Source of the DNA: Utricularia gibba
Taxonomy: Eukaryota; Plantae; Magnoliophyta
Reading direction: 5' to 3'
NCBI GenBank assembly: GCA_002189035.1
Contig: NEEC01000021.1
Span: forward strand, 620,001 to 684,000
Length of the DNA stretch: 64,000 nucleotides
Positions within the stretch are counted from its first letter, which is position 1. The number at the start of each line of letters is the position of its first letter. A program made the translations under genes and the position numbers. The notes below the pieces were generated by a model. It saw only the letters and a list, made by a program, of their open reading frames with translations, did not search any database and was not told the DNA's origin. Below are positions 15,436 through 28,346 of the stretch, piece by piece.

Positions 15436-18400
15436 ATGCGCAGGAACGAGAAGGCTCTCTCCATTTTGTTACGCTCGAGAATGCGGCCCCGCAACCCAAT
15501 TTCACCGACCACAATCACGGTCACCTTTTTCTCTTTTCTTTAGCGAGAAACTTGAAAAAATTATGCCGATTGATGCTTCTGTTCGTCAGGATTTTGATTG
15601 TGATGGAACTTGTTTGTTGTGATCAGAGTAGGATCAATCAAATACAGTTGTCGCCCTTGGATGTTGGCCAACTACCTTCCTCTTCTGATCGGGATGCAAT
15701 CAGACGCCTCCCTGCGTGAGCTTTTTTTTTCTTTTTTTGTATAAATTCTGTAGCAAGAAGAATCCATTTGCGTGTTCAATGGTGGAGAAATAGAAGATTA
15801 TTTTTATGATACAGTGACCCGGAGAGAGTTAGAGATTCAATGCATTTTGCTACGGTGATGAGCAAAACGGAGAGTATGGATGTGGCATTGGATGATTTTT
15901 CTGTTGTGAGATTCTAATTTCACTTTGCAATAAAAACTTGCTCTATTGTAGCGTGATAATATTTTTGTGATATTTGGATAGGGCTACCTTGGGCTTTCAG
16001 AAGAAAACCGTCGAGCATTATTGCTTACACTTGCTAGAGAGTATGATCTGAATCGCGCTCAGGTCCGTGAGATGATGAAGCAATATCTTGGGCTTCAGCT
16101 GCCTAGTGGTCAGTGATTGTTGATGGCAGTTATGGTAGTTGATTGTGGTCGTTTCTTTTGAATGATTGTGGTTGTGTGGTTTCGGCTTGTTATAGGGGAT
16201 AAGGCAGTTGATAGTGCTTTCGAAGAGGAAGGATCTCTCTCTACATTCTACAGAATTGAACGAAATTTGAGGCATTCTCTCAAGCCAATGTATGAAGTTC
16301 TTTTTGAACGGTTGAACACACATCCAGGAGGATTGAGATTCTTGACGATTATGAGATCAGATATATTAGAATTTCTCGTGTAAGATTATATTGCTTTCGT
16401 TTTTTTAAACTGCTTGAAACTTTCATGGATTCATGGAAAGCATGCTTTTGTGATGAACTATACAATATCTCAGTTTCAACTCAAATACAACTGCAACATT
16501 GTCTTCTCTCTGTTTTATATTCAGGAATCTAAAGAATCATGAAACCTTGTGTTCCTAGGGAGGAGAATTTTGCTTCACTAAGAGCACTTGACTCCTACTT
16601 GAAGGAGAAGCTTAGTACATGGCTCAGTCCTGCCAATCTCGAGCTTCATAATATAACATGGGATGATCCAGCTTCTTTATTGGAAAAGATAGTCGTATAT
16701 GAGGTTTAATTTCACTTATTCAGATATGTTTTTCTGAGTATTTTGGAACAAACTTCAGCATTTTGTCTTCACAATTTTCAGGCTGTGCATCCAATCAGCA
16801 ATCTCCTGGATTTGAAGCGAAGGCTTGGTGTAGGCCGACGTTGTTTTGCATATTTCCATCCATCCATTCCAGGTTTAGATCCTTGTTCATAAGTTCCTAT
16901 GACGTCTCCTGTTATTTTTAGATATCCATAGCATTACCTTGCTAAAAAATTTCATTACTAAATGTAGCCTCTGATATATCTGACTTCAGGAGAACCATTG
17001 ATTTTTATTGAAGTTGCACTAATGAAAAGTGTTGCCGGATGCATCAAGGTGAACAATTAGCTATTTATCGAATAAGTTTAGAATGAAGCTTTTCGTCTCT
17101 TATCAGTAAGTTTGTTGCAGGAAGTCTTGTGGGACGATCCACCAATACCTGAAACTGAAGCAACATGTGCTGTCTTTTATTCTATATCTTCCACTCAGGT
17201 ACCAGGGTTGTTGGTCATTTATATATGAACTGATGACAATTTCCTCAAAGATTTCATCTGCAGCCTGGGCTATCCGGAATCAACCTGGGAAAATTTCTTA
17301 TTAAACGTGTCATTGATGTTGTGAGGAAAGACATGTCAAACATTACAGTGAGTTAATTTTTCTAAAGCCGCCCTCACTTGACCACATCTTGATTTTCGTA
17401 ATTTAGACTCCTAAAACCAACTTAGAAGGTCTGCAAGAGGAACTGATGCAACTTTCATTCATGATGTTAACAATGTATTAATTTTTTTTTTAATTTTCAG
17501 ACGTTTGCAACACTTAGTCCCATACCAGGTTTCATGCAATGGCTTTTACCTAAATTGTCATCGGTTAGGAGGCCTGATTCTGCATTTAGTGAAAACTTGC
17601 TAAATCCAGAAGAAGAACGAGATATATTGGAGGCAGCTAAGTAAGTACCTCTAATAGACATCATTGCAAATATGCAAGAAACTTCAAAGCGTTGCGTGTA
17701 ATTTTATTGCAGCACATTCTTTGACTTACAGTGAACTAGTGAAAGGGGAGGATGGGATGGAAATAATGTTGACTTTGCTGTCATCAAACAATCATGACTG
17801 GACTAAATCAGAGAAGTTGTCAAATGCACTAAGGATCCCGTTGATCAGGCTTTGTGCAAGGTATGAATCTACAGTTCAGTCAGTTCATTAACTGCTTCTT
17901 AGAGAAATCTAAAAACAAGATAGTATAAAATGGATTACTCTGATTTTATCTTTCTTGATTCCATTCCATGTATTGGCTTCATAGGTATCTTCTTAAAGAG
18001 AGGAAGAGGCAGAAGGCGCTAGATTCTGTGGGAAACTTTCATCTGCAGAACGGAGCTGTATGTTATCCAATGAAACTCTAGTTCTTTGGTTTGAATGCTT
18101 ACTTGCACCTCAGTAATAATCTTGATGCTTGATTGCGCTGACTCAGAAATGTTGCAGATGATTGGTAGGATCAACTGGATGGCCGATCGATCAGTAAAAG
18201 GCCTGAAACAAAGTGCTGGACTAATGGTTAACTATATTTACAAGTACGTTTTGAATTTCCTCTCATCCTTGTCACCGCTTCATTACATGTAAACTTACTA
18301 AATGACTGTCGAAAACTAAACGCAGGGTGGACAACATTGAGGAGAATGCTCAAGCATACTTCAGTTCTGGGAAAGTCCAAGCTTCGCCAGAAGTCAGATC

Positions 18401-18551
18401 ATATCTCAACGTATTTTTTCGCTTTCACCTGCCATTATTCTACAATATCTGCAATATCACTACTCCTATTCCCATATGATGTTGGTAAGCATTGAGTTTG
18501 GTGCTCATTTCACATCTACAGAAGGAGCTTTCTAAAGACATAAAGGAGTAG
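15436..18551 (+). CDS. MCD: Malonyl-CoA decarboxylase
   Basis: N-terminus MRRNEKALSILLRSRMRP; exons encode EKLSTWLSPANLEL..ITWDDPASLLEKIV, YEAVHPISNLLDLKRRLG, GEPLIFIEVAL, FYSISSTQPGLSGINLGKFLIKRV, TFATLSPIPGF, NFHLQNGA, GLMVNYIY. The last micro-exon (stop at 18549-18551) is tentative. Confidence 0.92.
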
Positions 18552-18719
18552 AACACTTCATTGTTAAGACACAAGTTGTCAGTTTCGCAGGTACAAATGT
18601 TTTTCTCCCCATTGCCTGAAGTGTGGATCAAGTAATTTGTGAAGCACACATAGTGACATGTGTAAAAACAAAAGCTAATAAAAGTAGAAGCATTGTTGTA
18701 TAACTGACACTCATGCGAT

Positions 18720-18940
18720 ATATTGAGTTCTTTTGTGAGATATGAGACACTCGAGTTGCATGTGTCTTTTGTGAGAAAATTGGGAATACTCAGTGTGAAT
18801 AACTGTAGGACCGAAATTGAGTTCTTGGAGGAGCAAATTGTGAATCATGAAGGGGTTACCATAAGTCGTATGTCTAAGATTTTAGGCATAGTGGGAATGC
18901 TATCGGATTATTCTCCCATTTCCAATGCTTGTTAGATCTT
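18720..18940 (+). mobile_element. Highly degenerate Ty3/gypsy reverse-transcriptase-like fragment
   Basis: CRTEIEFLEEQIVNHEGV..ILGIVGM loosely resembles the gypsy RT C-terminus (KC..EV.FLGH.VS.EG..FLGL.GY); no LTRs seen. Confidence 0.35.
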
Positions 18941-20301
18941 GCACTCATGCGGTCCATTTTTTCTGGATTAATATCGGATTATTATCCCATAGCCTAGTTT
19001 CAGAGGGCACAATGAATCATCAATGAAGATTGATGAACACTTTTGGACTATGATGATGATATCTTGGAGGATGATCAATGCACCTTCACAAGTACTATGT
19101 CCCATTGTGGCTAAATAGGGGACTTGTAGAGGTTTTTTTTTTTTTAATGGATCATGTTAGAATTTTGAAGTTCAAATGTGTTTTTGTGGGAATAAATGAC
19201 CATATTTCGGAAGTTTTTTTTCAAGATAAATGAGTGTAATGTATGAATGGGAAATTTATTATAAGATGACTTGCATCAAAATAGATAGATAGAAGGTATT
19301 TTCCAAAATAACTCATTAAAAATACATGGAATATATAATTTTTAGAATTAATTAAAATCAATAAATTATATTTTAGAAACTAAATATATCTAATACGTCA
19401 AATTATATGGACCAATTTTTTCAATGGAGAGGTAATATGCAATTTGTGTCAAATAGTAAAGATTAATTTTTGTGAATATTTTTGGTACAATTATTCCATG
19501 TCTATCCACGGGGTAAAATGTAAGAAACGTCGTTGTCCTGACATTGGATGTAGCGGTGGAATAACATTGTGGGCCCACTGCATGCTCCTAGCCGCCACAT
19601 CTCGCCCAATCACTCAAAACATTCTCTTGGAATCTCTTGCTGATTGATCTTCATAAAAAATATTTTCATTCTCATTGTTTTAAAATCATATATATAATTA
19701 GTCTTTCAAAATCTGATAAAAACATTTTTCATTATTTATACTCATGGAAAAACTAATTTTCAAATTAAAATCCTAATGTTTCTTCAATCCAATTTTAATA
19801 TTTTTGATCGCCACCCATTGCCCAAGCGGTGAGGATCAAATATATTTGATTTTTAAGCATTAATGATCAATTATAATTGATATTTAAATAGTGAAAATAA
19901 AAAATATCTTAAGTAAAATGATTCCCAACATGTTAAAATTTAAAGATTAAATGGGTTTAATACGTCAAAGTTTAAACACTAAATATACTAATAGAGATTA
20001 ATTATATCATTTTAATTAAATAGTAGATTAATCATACCAATTAATAAATAGTGGGAATGTCTGCATGATGACTCTAAATGGCAAAAAGTATTTGATATGG
20101 AGAATGTGTTGTGCAGGTGTGGTATGAGAATCTTGTGGCCAAGTTGTCTTCAAATCCATTTATGGATATTCTTTGACTTCTGAAGCTTTTCCCTCTACTT
20201 TCAGCCCCAACAAATTAATGACTGAAGACACCAGAAGATGCCCTGTGGCACTCAGTTTCCAAGCCTTTTGCTGCTCCCAAACTTGCTGTGCTGTGCTGTT
20301 C

Positions 20302-23257
20302 ATGGCAACGCTTGGTGATATTGGAGTTGCAGCAGGGATCAACATTCTCTCAGCCCTGGCTTTCTTGATTGCATTCGCCATTATACGTTTGCAGCCCGTG
20401 AACGACAGAGTGTATTTCCCAAAATGGTACATCAATGGCGCCAGGGAGAGCCCATCTAGGGAGTCAGAGTCTTTGGTGTCCAGATATGTGAATCTGGACT
20501 GGAGATCGTATATCAAGTTCTTGAACTGGGTACCTGATGCTCTCAGGATGACGGAATCAGAGATCATTGATCATGCCGGCCTCGATTCCGCTGTCTATCT
20601 CCGGATTTACTTGCTCGGGTATGTCTGTAAATGCACAGTGTTGTATTAAGTAACCTGAGAGAATGAACACATTCTGATGCATTGCAGGCTGAAGATTTTT
20701 GTCCCAGTTGGGTTGCTTTCATGGGCTATTTTGGTACCAGTGAACTGGACAAATGACACTCTTGCAAACTCTGAGAAGCTGGAATACAGTGACATTGACA
20801 AGCTTTCTATCTCAAACATTCCTCATGGTTCACCAAGGCTTTGGGCTCATTTAACAATGGCTTATGCTGTTACAATCTGGGCATGCTACACTTTGCAAAG
20901 AGAATATGCCAATGTTGCTGAGATGCGCCTGCACTTTCTTGTTTCCGGGAGACGTCGTCCGAACCAGTTCACGGTGAGGCGAAAACGGCATACATATTCA
21001 GGTCTTTCCTTCTGATGTTTGGTTGTTTTCCACAGGTTCTTGTGAAAAATGTGCCACCTGATCCAGATGAGTCTGTGAGTGAAAGTGTGGAGCATTTCTT
21101 CTTGGTTAATCATCCCTCTCAGTATCTAACTCATCAGGTTTGGACTGAAGCTGCTGCCATAGACTGTAATGTAATGATCTGCAGTCATTGGTTTCTGATA
21201 TAAATGGAGATGTGTTGCAGACTGTGGTGAATGCAAATAAACTTGCAAAGCTGGTGAAGGAGGTGGAGGAGATTCAAAATTGGCTTGAGTATTACAAGTT
21301 CAGATACTCAAGGAACACAGCAAAAAGACCAACAACAAGGGTATTTGGTTTCTGTTCTTAGTTTTCTTCTTCTTCTTCTTCTTCTTCAGATATGCATTTT
21401 GAGGGAGTGCATCACACTGCAGATTGGATTTCTTGGACTCTGGGGTTTAAAAGTGGATGCCATTGATTACAAGACTGCTGAACTTGAGATAGTGACAAAA
21501 GAGGTGAATCTGATACTAGTTATGAATTTCTTGCTTTTATATGAATTCCAAGAAAACAGAAACTCACTTGATGTGAAGAGAGCAGATAGAGCAAGAGAGG
21601 GAGAGGGTGAAGAAAGACCCCAAATGCATCATGCCTGCTGCATTTGTCTCCTTCAAGACAACATGGTCTGCTGCTGTCTGTGCACAGACACAGCAGTCCA
21701 GCAATCCAACGCTGTGGTTAACTGAATGGGCTCCAGAACCTCGTGATCTCTACTGGCAAAACCTTGCCATCCCATACGTGTCACTGACTATCAGGAGACT
21801 CGTCGTGGCTGTAGCTTTCTTCTTCCTCACCTTCTTCTTCATGATACCAGTCACCTTTGTTCAGTCTCTTGCTAATCTTGAAGGCCTCGGAAAGATTGCT
21901 CCATTCTTGAAGCCAATAATCGACGCGTGAGTATGGGGTTTGAGGGTTATCTTTCTCGTTCCATGTTTACTGTAAAAGCTAACAACTTTCCTCTTCACTG
22001 TGCAGTAAGCTCATCAAGTCTGTGATGCAAGGCTTCCTCCCTGGGATTGCCTTGAAAATTTTCCTGATAATGCTGCCTAAAATACTGATGGCCATGTCGA
22101 GATTCGAAGGCTTCATCTCGAAATCAGAGCTGGAGAGAAGAGCTGCCATGAGACTGAATACCTTCAACTTCGTCAATATTTTCCTGGTCAGTGTGATGGC
22201 GGGAACTGCACTCCAACAACTCGACAGTTTCATCCATCAGGCACCAAACCAGTAAGTATTAGCTTCCCTTGTTCTCCACCAAACTTGAATGATTCCTCAT
22301 ACTGAGCTTGTGGGTTTCAGAATCCCAATAACTATAGGCTTTGCGATTCCCATGAAGGCAACGTTCTTTATAACTTATGTAATGGTTGATGGATGGGCTG
22401 GAGTGGCAGCAGAAGTGCTTAGAGTGAAGCCATTGATTTTCTACCATGTGAAGAACTTGTTCCTTGTTAAGACTGAAAAGGATAGAGAAGAAGCGATGGA
22501 TCCTGGTAGCCTTGAATTCAACACAGGGGAGCCTCAGATACAGCTCTATTTTCTTCTTGGCCTGATCTACGCAGTGGTCACACCCTTCTTCACCCCATTC
22601 ATCTTAGTGTTTTTCGCATTCGCATATGTCGTCTTCCGGCACCAGGTACGCATACAACAGTACCAGCCTTTCTTACAACCTTACAGAAAGACTGAGGATT
22701 GATCCATCATTCCTTGCAGATCATAAACGTGTATGATCAGGAATACGAGAGTGCTGCTGCGTTCTGGCCAGATGTCAACGGGGGATAATATTTAGCCTCG
22801 TCTTCTCGCAGATTGTGCTGATAGGACTGCTTAGCAGCAAGGGTTCAGCCATGTCTACCCCTTTTCTCCTGTGTCTTCTTATTTTGACAATTTGGTTCCA
22901 TTTCTTCTGCAAAGGCCGCTATGAACCAGCTTTTCGCAAGTACCCATTACAGGTAGCTACTGTGGGATACAGATACTGTACTTTTTTGTTCCTACTCTGA
23001 GTAAATCACACGCCTTTGCTTGTATTCAGGAAGCAATGAAGAAGGATACTCTAGAACGGGCTAAAGAACCCTACTTTAACTTGAAGAAGTACCTTAAAGA
23101 TGCGTATGTTCATCCTGTTTTCAAGGATGAAGATGAGGATGAGGATGATCGTGGCAGTATGACAGTAGAGGAGAATGCAATAGTTCCCACGAAGCGAAAC
23201 TCTAGAAGATTTACACCTGCTCCGAGTGTGGCCTTGGAATCAAGCCATGGTAACTAG
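20302..23257 (+). CDS. CSC1: OSCA1/CSC1-like hyperosmolality-gated Ca-permeable channel (apparent 1-bp frameshift at ~22780)
   Basis: MATLGDIGVAAGINILSALAFLIAFAIIRLQPVNDRVYFPKWY, DHAGLDSAVYLRIY, APEPRDLYWQNL, KATFFITYVMVDGW, YEPAF; 10 exons. The exon from 22720 changes frame in a G5 run, giving TAA. Confidence 0.93.
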
Positions 23258-23625
23258 CTTCTGCATTGTCTATCTATTCTAGCTGGTTGAAGAAACTACC
23301 AGGAATGAAACTTCTAGGGAAGAAATGCTTCTTTTGCTTCAGAAACTAATAAAACCAAGCATTGTTTTCTGATTGTTTTAGTTTGTAAGCCAGTGGAGAA
23401 GAGGGCTGCTGCTGCTATAGAATTGTAGCATCTTCTATCCAACAATGATCTGAGGTACAAGGGCTGTGCCAAAAAGGCAACCTTTGGTGAGCACACCACA
23501 CACAAAAACAATGCAGACAACTTATTTCATTGAAAATGGCTGGATTCTTCCCTCTTCATCAATGCCAAACGATCATTTAACATTCACATATCATGTGCAA
23601 GTCCTTCCTTGATGTATGGTATGAT

Positions 23626-25256
23626 TCACTGGAGGGCTCTGACGAAGGCGAGCAGAGAGTCCACGTCTCTCTTCTCAGAGGGATACTTGATGGGATGAGA
23701 AGAGTGCTTGGGGAAGAAGACGATGGTTGGGAAGGTTCCCAGTTGCAGTTGCTGCTGAGCAAATGCTTTCTCATCTCCATCAGCTCTGAACTTCGCCACC
23801 TTCACGTTGGATCCTGCCAACTTGTCTGCTAATTGGACATATGATTCCTCCATCCCCTGGCAGAATCGGCACCAAGGTGCATACAGCACTACAAGCCAAG
23901 GCTGTTCCCTCCCTTCCAACTTCAGCAGGTTCTCAATCCCAATTCTTGTCAAATTCACCACATTTGGAGTTGTGAACAGATCTGCAGCTCCATTAGCATG
24001 TGCATGGCCATTGCCATTCAGATGCTCCTCCTTCAGATTCCCTTTATGCAGTCCACATTCCTTGGCCTTCGCATCCTCCCACCACCACCTTCCTTCCCTT
24101 TCATGCTGCCCCGGCAAGACCGCCCTGGTGCACGGTTCGCACCCGATGGAAACATAGCCTTGAGAGTGCAGTGAGTTGACAGGCACATTCATGGCCTGTA
24201 GGAAGCTCCAAACATCATTTCCCTTCACATTGGCAACGGGGTTCCATTTCACAAGGCTCCCAACTCCGCCATCAAGTCCTTCGAACACAGGATCAACTTG
24301 AGCTACAGGGATCTCCGATCGAGTCCCCGGAGATTGATCCTTCCTCTGGCCGGTTATCCACGCACGCAGCCCCTTCAAGGCGCGTCTCAATGGCTTTACC
24401 TTCCTCACGCGGCAGCATTCTTGGTGACCATCTTCATAGAAGGAAAAAAGGCCCTTACTACGAACCAGGTCCTGCACCTCAGCAGCGTCGGGGAACATGT
24501 ATTCAATGCGGATTCCGTAGTGTTTCTCTACTTGATCGAAGAATCTGTAGGTCTCTGGGTTCAGTCTGCCTGTGTCCAAGCTGAATACTCTGAAGGGGCG
24601 CCCCGTTAAACGGGCATATTCAAGCAAAGCCACATCTTCTGCCCCACTGCACCACAAAAGATCATACAACAGCGCTTCTGGTTAATCAATAAAGCTAAGA
24701 ATCTGAAGGAAATCAGAAAGGGGATTAAGAACACACCTGAAAGCAATAGCGATTTCATTCCCAAATCTTTCCAAAGCCCTGTCCATAATCTCAAGAGGGG
24801 AAGCGTTTTCAAGCTCCCTAGCAAGATTCTGGTAATCCACTACCTCCGTATTATCCACCATATCGGCTGCAACACACAAGAAACTCCATCAGTCCTATCC
24901 AAAATACGAAGGAAGGAAAAGAGAGTCACTTATCAACGAACCGGGAGCAGACATAGCCGCGGCTGAAGGAACAATTCCTTCACTCCTCTTCGCCTCCGCA
25001 TTCAACGGCTTCACCATCGAACGCCGCCGCGACGAGCTTAACGGTAACCGGACATACTTCATCTCAAACGTCTGCAACCCGCCCACTCTCCCAGCTGCCA
25101 AAAAACCAAAACCAGATGAATCATCAACACAAACCCAGAAACCCACAAAACCAATCACATCAAAAAATCATAAAAATTACCCCGCGGCTGCTGCTGCTCA
25201 AACGAAGAAGAGCCAGGAAACCCAGCAGCAGGAGAAGAAGCCACCGAACACGCCAT
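23626..25256 (-). CDS. APR: 5'-adenylylsulfate (APS) reductase, plastid, with C-terminal thioredoxin-like domain
   Basis: Exons approx 25256-25181, ~25098-24942, ~24866-24737, 24646-23626; Ser/Ala-rich transit peptide, IAFSGAEDV, SLDTGRL, ECCRVRK, SIGCEPC, KECGLH, WCRFC. Confidence 0.97.
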
Positions 25257-25420
25257 TGACATTTCTCCAATACCCAGTACCCCCAAAGAAAAAACCAAAA
25301 AAGCCTCCTTCCGACGACGGGAAACGATAGTGAATTCCTTGCCTTTTTCGTGGCAGTGCTCATCGGAGTTGAGAAAACCATATATTTATCGATGCGAAAT
25401 GGCGGAGCATGCGGAATCCC

Positions 25421-25440
25421 AGATACGTTGAACCTGGACA
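25421..25440. promoter_or_regulatory. UPE-box (SLIM1/EIL3-type sulfur-deficiency element)
   Basis: AGATACGTTGAACCTGGACA matches the UPE-box consensus as I recall it, AG(G/A)T(T/A)CATTGAA(T/C)CT(A/G)GAC(A/G), with one mismatch; ~165 bp upstream of the APR ATG and just upstream of a TATA-like tract (~25381-25389). Confidence 0.75.
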
Positions 25441-25467
25441 TTTCAGAATGACGGGGATTACGTACAC

Positions 25468-25473
25468 CACGTG
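25468..25473. promoter_or_regulatory. G-box in APR promoter
   Basis: CACGTG within extended palindrome ACCACGTGGT, 28 bp from the UPE-box. Confidence 0.5.
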
Positions 25474-28346
25474 GTGGTATTTGATTGAATGACTACGTCG
25501 CCTCAGCGCTTTCGTCACTCGACTATTGACTACCAGCAGCACCTCCTTTTGGAATCTTCCTCGGAATTTTCAGAATAAAAAAAACATGAAAAAATCATGG
25601 CTTTATATATTACGTCTTAATTTAATCAATATAAAATATAAATATGATTAATTTAAATAAAAGAACTATTATGGCGTATTTATGATACATAATTAGAAAA
25701 AAAAATTTGTAATAAAAAAGATAAATATAATTATATTTTATCAAATAATATTAACTAAAAACAAATGATAAATTATTTTATGTTTCAATATAAATAAGCA
25801 ATTAAATAAAAAATTATTTGAATAACCAAATTATAAATTGAATCGAAAAACTTATGAATTTGAATTGAATCGGATCCGATTTCGGGTTCAACATCTGATT
25901 TTAAAACATTGGTGGTAAGTGTATAACATTTAAGCTATTCTCATAATTTGATTGTCCAAATACCAATTATTTTAATTGAAAATAATCCGAGTATATTCCT
26001 AATAATCGCAACCACCAAATTACTTAGTATTTCACATCCACAATTTTGTTGTTGTCTTTTCAAAAATAATAAATGACGCTTATTATTATATTCTCTTTTG
26101 GGAAAGGACAAATTAGGAACAAGACAAGGTTGGAAATAATGTCCTTCCTCGAAATGTCCGATATTTCCAATTACGAAATTCGTACATAATTTTGTTCCGG
26201 GGCGGGTTCCGCCTAGGGAATCAAATTGAATTAAATATATGTATTTTTACATGGTTATGGGTAACGGATTGACCCGTGATGGATATCTAGATTTACCCGT
26301 ACCCGTACCCAACTCTAGTAATAAATACTGGAATTAAATATATGTATTCCAATTGTGTTTGATAGAGAGGATAAAATGAGATAATTAAATAAAAAAAAAA
26401 AAAAGATGTTTAATAAATAATATAAATTATAATCAAGATAATTTATCCCATAAATATAGAATAAAATAATGTGAGAGAAGGGATTGAGATAAAATTATAC
26501 TATCATATACTTTTTCAAATCCTTTCTTATTCTTGATATAATTTATTCATGTACTAAATATATTTTTCAAGAATTGAATTGGAAAACAATTAGGAATCGT
26601 AATGGATTCGGTTACTACTTAATAAACATCTCTATTTCAATTCAAATTTAATGTTTAAAGGTTTAAATGACAAATTTGTATTATAATATTTGAAGAATAT
26701 ATGCTTTACTTCATAAAATGAAAAATACATTAATTTGAATACATATTACATGATAAATTTTATCTAAAAATAAAAAAAATAATCAGTTTGGATTCCAGTA
26801 ACATTGTTTTTAATAGGTATCTATATTATTTATAATTAATTTATGTAATTTTTTATTTGCTAGATTCTCAAGATCATTAATAGCATCTCTAGGATCCGTA
26901 ATGTTTTGGCATAGGAAGAAGTAGGTATCAACACATGTTTATTGTTATCGAACACTCCCAACGGCTAGAAAATGATCAATTTCATGGGCCTCAGAGTGGG
27001 CTGAAATATTTTTTCTGTCTTATTCTATGAAGCTGGGCCTTGTAGTAAAGAAAATCAGCCCAACAGGTTCTCTTCTACGCGTAGCTTTGACTATAATTCA
27101 TTTTAATTATGTATTGGGGTTATTTACGTATATACGAAATTCCATTACCAAACTTATCAATTTATTTAATTAAAAAAATTAAAAATTCGTCTATTAATGA
27201 ATTACTTTTTTTTTCAAACAAATTATGAGTATCAAGTTTTGATATTTGGATGTATATTTCGTAAATATATAGCAAATAAAATGATTTACGGATTTTTTTT
27301 TTCCGAAATTCTCTATGATACCTGAGTATTGATCAATAGTTCAATTGAATTTCATTAAGGATAATTTTTAACAGATCTATGAGATCAAAAGCAACCCAGC
27401 TGAAAAATTCCATTTTAGAAGTGAAAATAAGGTTTATTATCTCAAAGCCAAAATATCAAATTGTATTTATGGGTCTGGAAATACTTTGAGAAGAATGTTT
27501 ATATATATTTAAATAGTAACATATTAATAAACCAAAAATGAATAGTAGTTTATTATTAGTTTACTTATGGTGTGTGTGATATGTTGGATGGTCAAACATC
27601 ACATGGTAAAATATAGTGTAATTATGCAAATTGCATTAAATAAGTTATAAAATATGTTTAATTGATATTATAAAGTCATTATATGATGAATAAAACAATT
27701 GAAATACCTAAAATTCTTCTTATAAATATTAATTTTTATTAAAAAAATTTACTCATATGTATATAAAGGTAAAAATCTCATTTACAAAAAATTTTAAATT
27801 TGAATTCAATAAATCTATTAATATTATTACAATTTTATAAAATTACATCATTCAAATTTGAATAAAATAATTATTGATTTTTTTTTACTCTACCTTGATA
27901 TCTATTTTATATATTCTAGTCACGAATACGACTTCATCTGAATATCTCATGAATTTATTCATTGCAGATGAGTATGAGTGATTCATATCCATTAGAATGA
28001 ATACGAGTCGAACAAAATATTGTTTGCTTGAGTATAAACTCCAAAGTTTCATGGATGCATGATGTTGCCCACGTATCAAGACATTATGGTAAATGACCTA
28101 TGAAGGATGTGAAGTGCATGGAGATGAGTTAGGAATCTGAGGATCTACTCTTTTGGGTAAGGCCCTAAAGTATCGAGTATGTGAGGTTCATGGAGACTAG
28201 TTTGGAATACAATAGCTATGGAATGGATAAGGATGTGCTGAGTCTACCATAGAGCAGATGATACAACTTACGGAATGGAGACTCAGTCCAGGTGGTTCTT
28301 GAGGGCAAGGTTTCAGGATAAATACTTTTTAAGGAGTTATGACCCA

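Noticed and set aside
15754-15771. Possible 18-nt in-frame micro-exon in MCD (CAAGAAGAATCCATTTGC between AG and GT)
   Set aside because: It would need a ~38-nt upstream intron, too short for plants.
16524-16558. Apparent in-frame TAG in MCD if the acceptor at 16524 is used
   Set aside because: The downstream acceptor at 16557-16558 gives the expected FLV-EENFASLRALDSY; the gene is intact.
23626-24646. 1-kb uninterrupted APR exon suggesting a retrocopy or bacterial transfer
   Set aside because: Three normal introns, a transit peptide and a regulated promoter are present; the reductase-thioredoxin fusion is the standard plant APR. Any single intron loss needs ortholog comparison.
26200-26320. 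hAT-like subterminal motifs (tacccgtacccg, TAGGG...CTCTA)
   Set aside because: No matching 8-bp TSD or convincing TIR pair.
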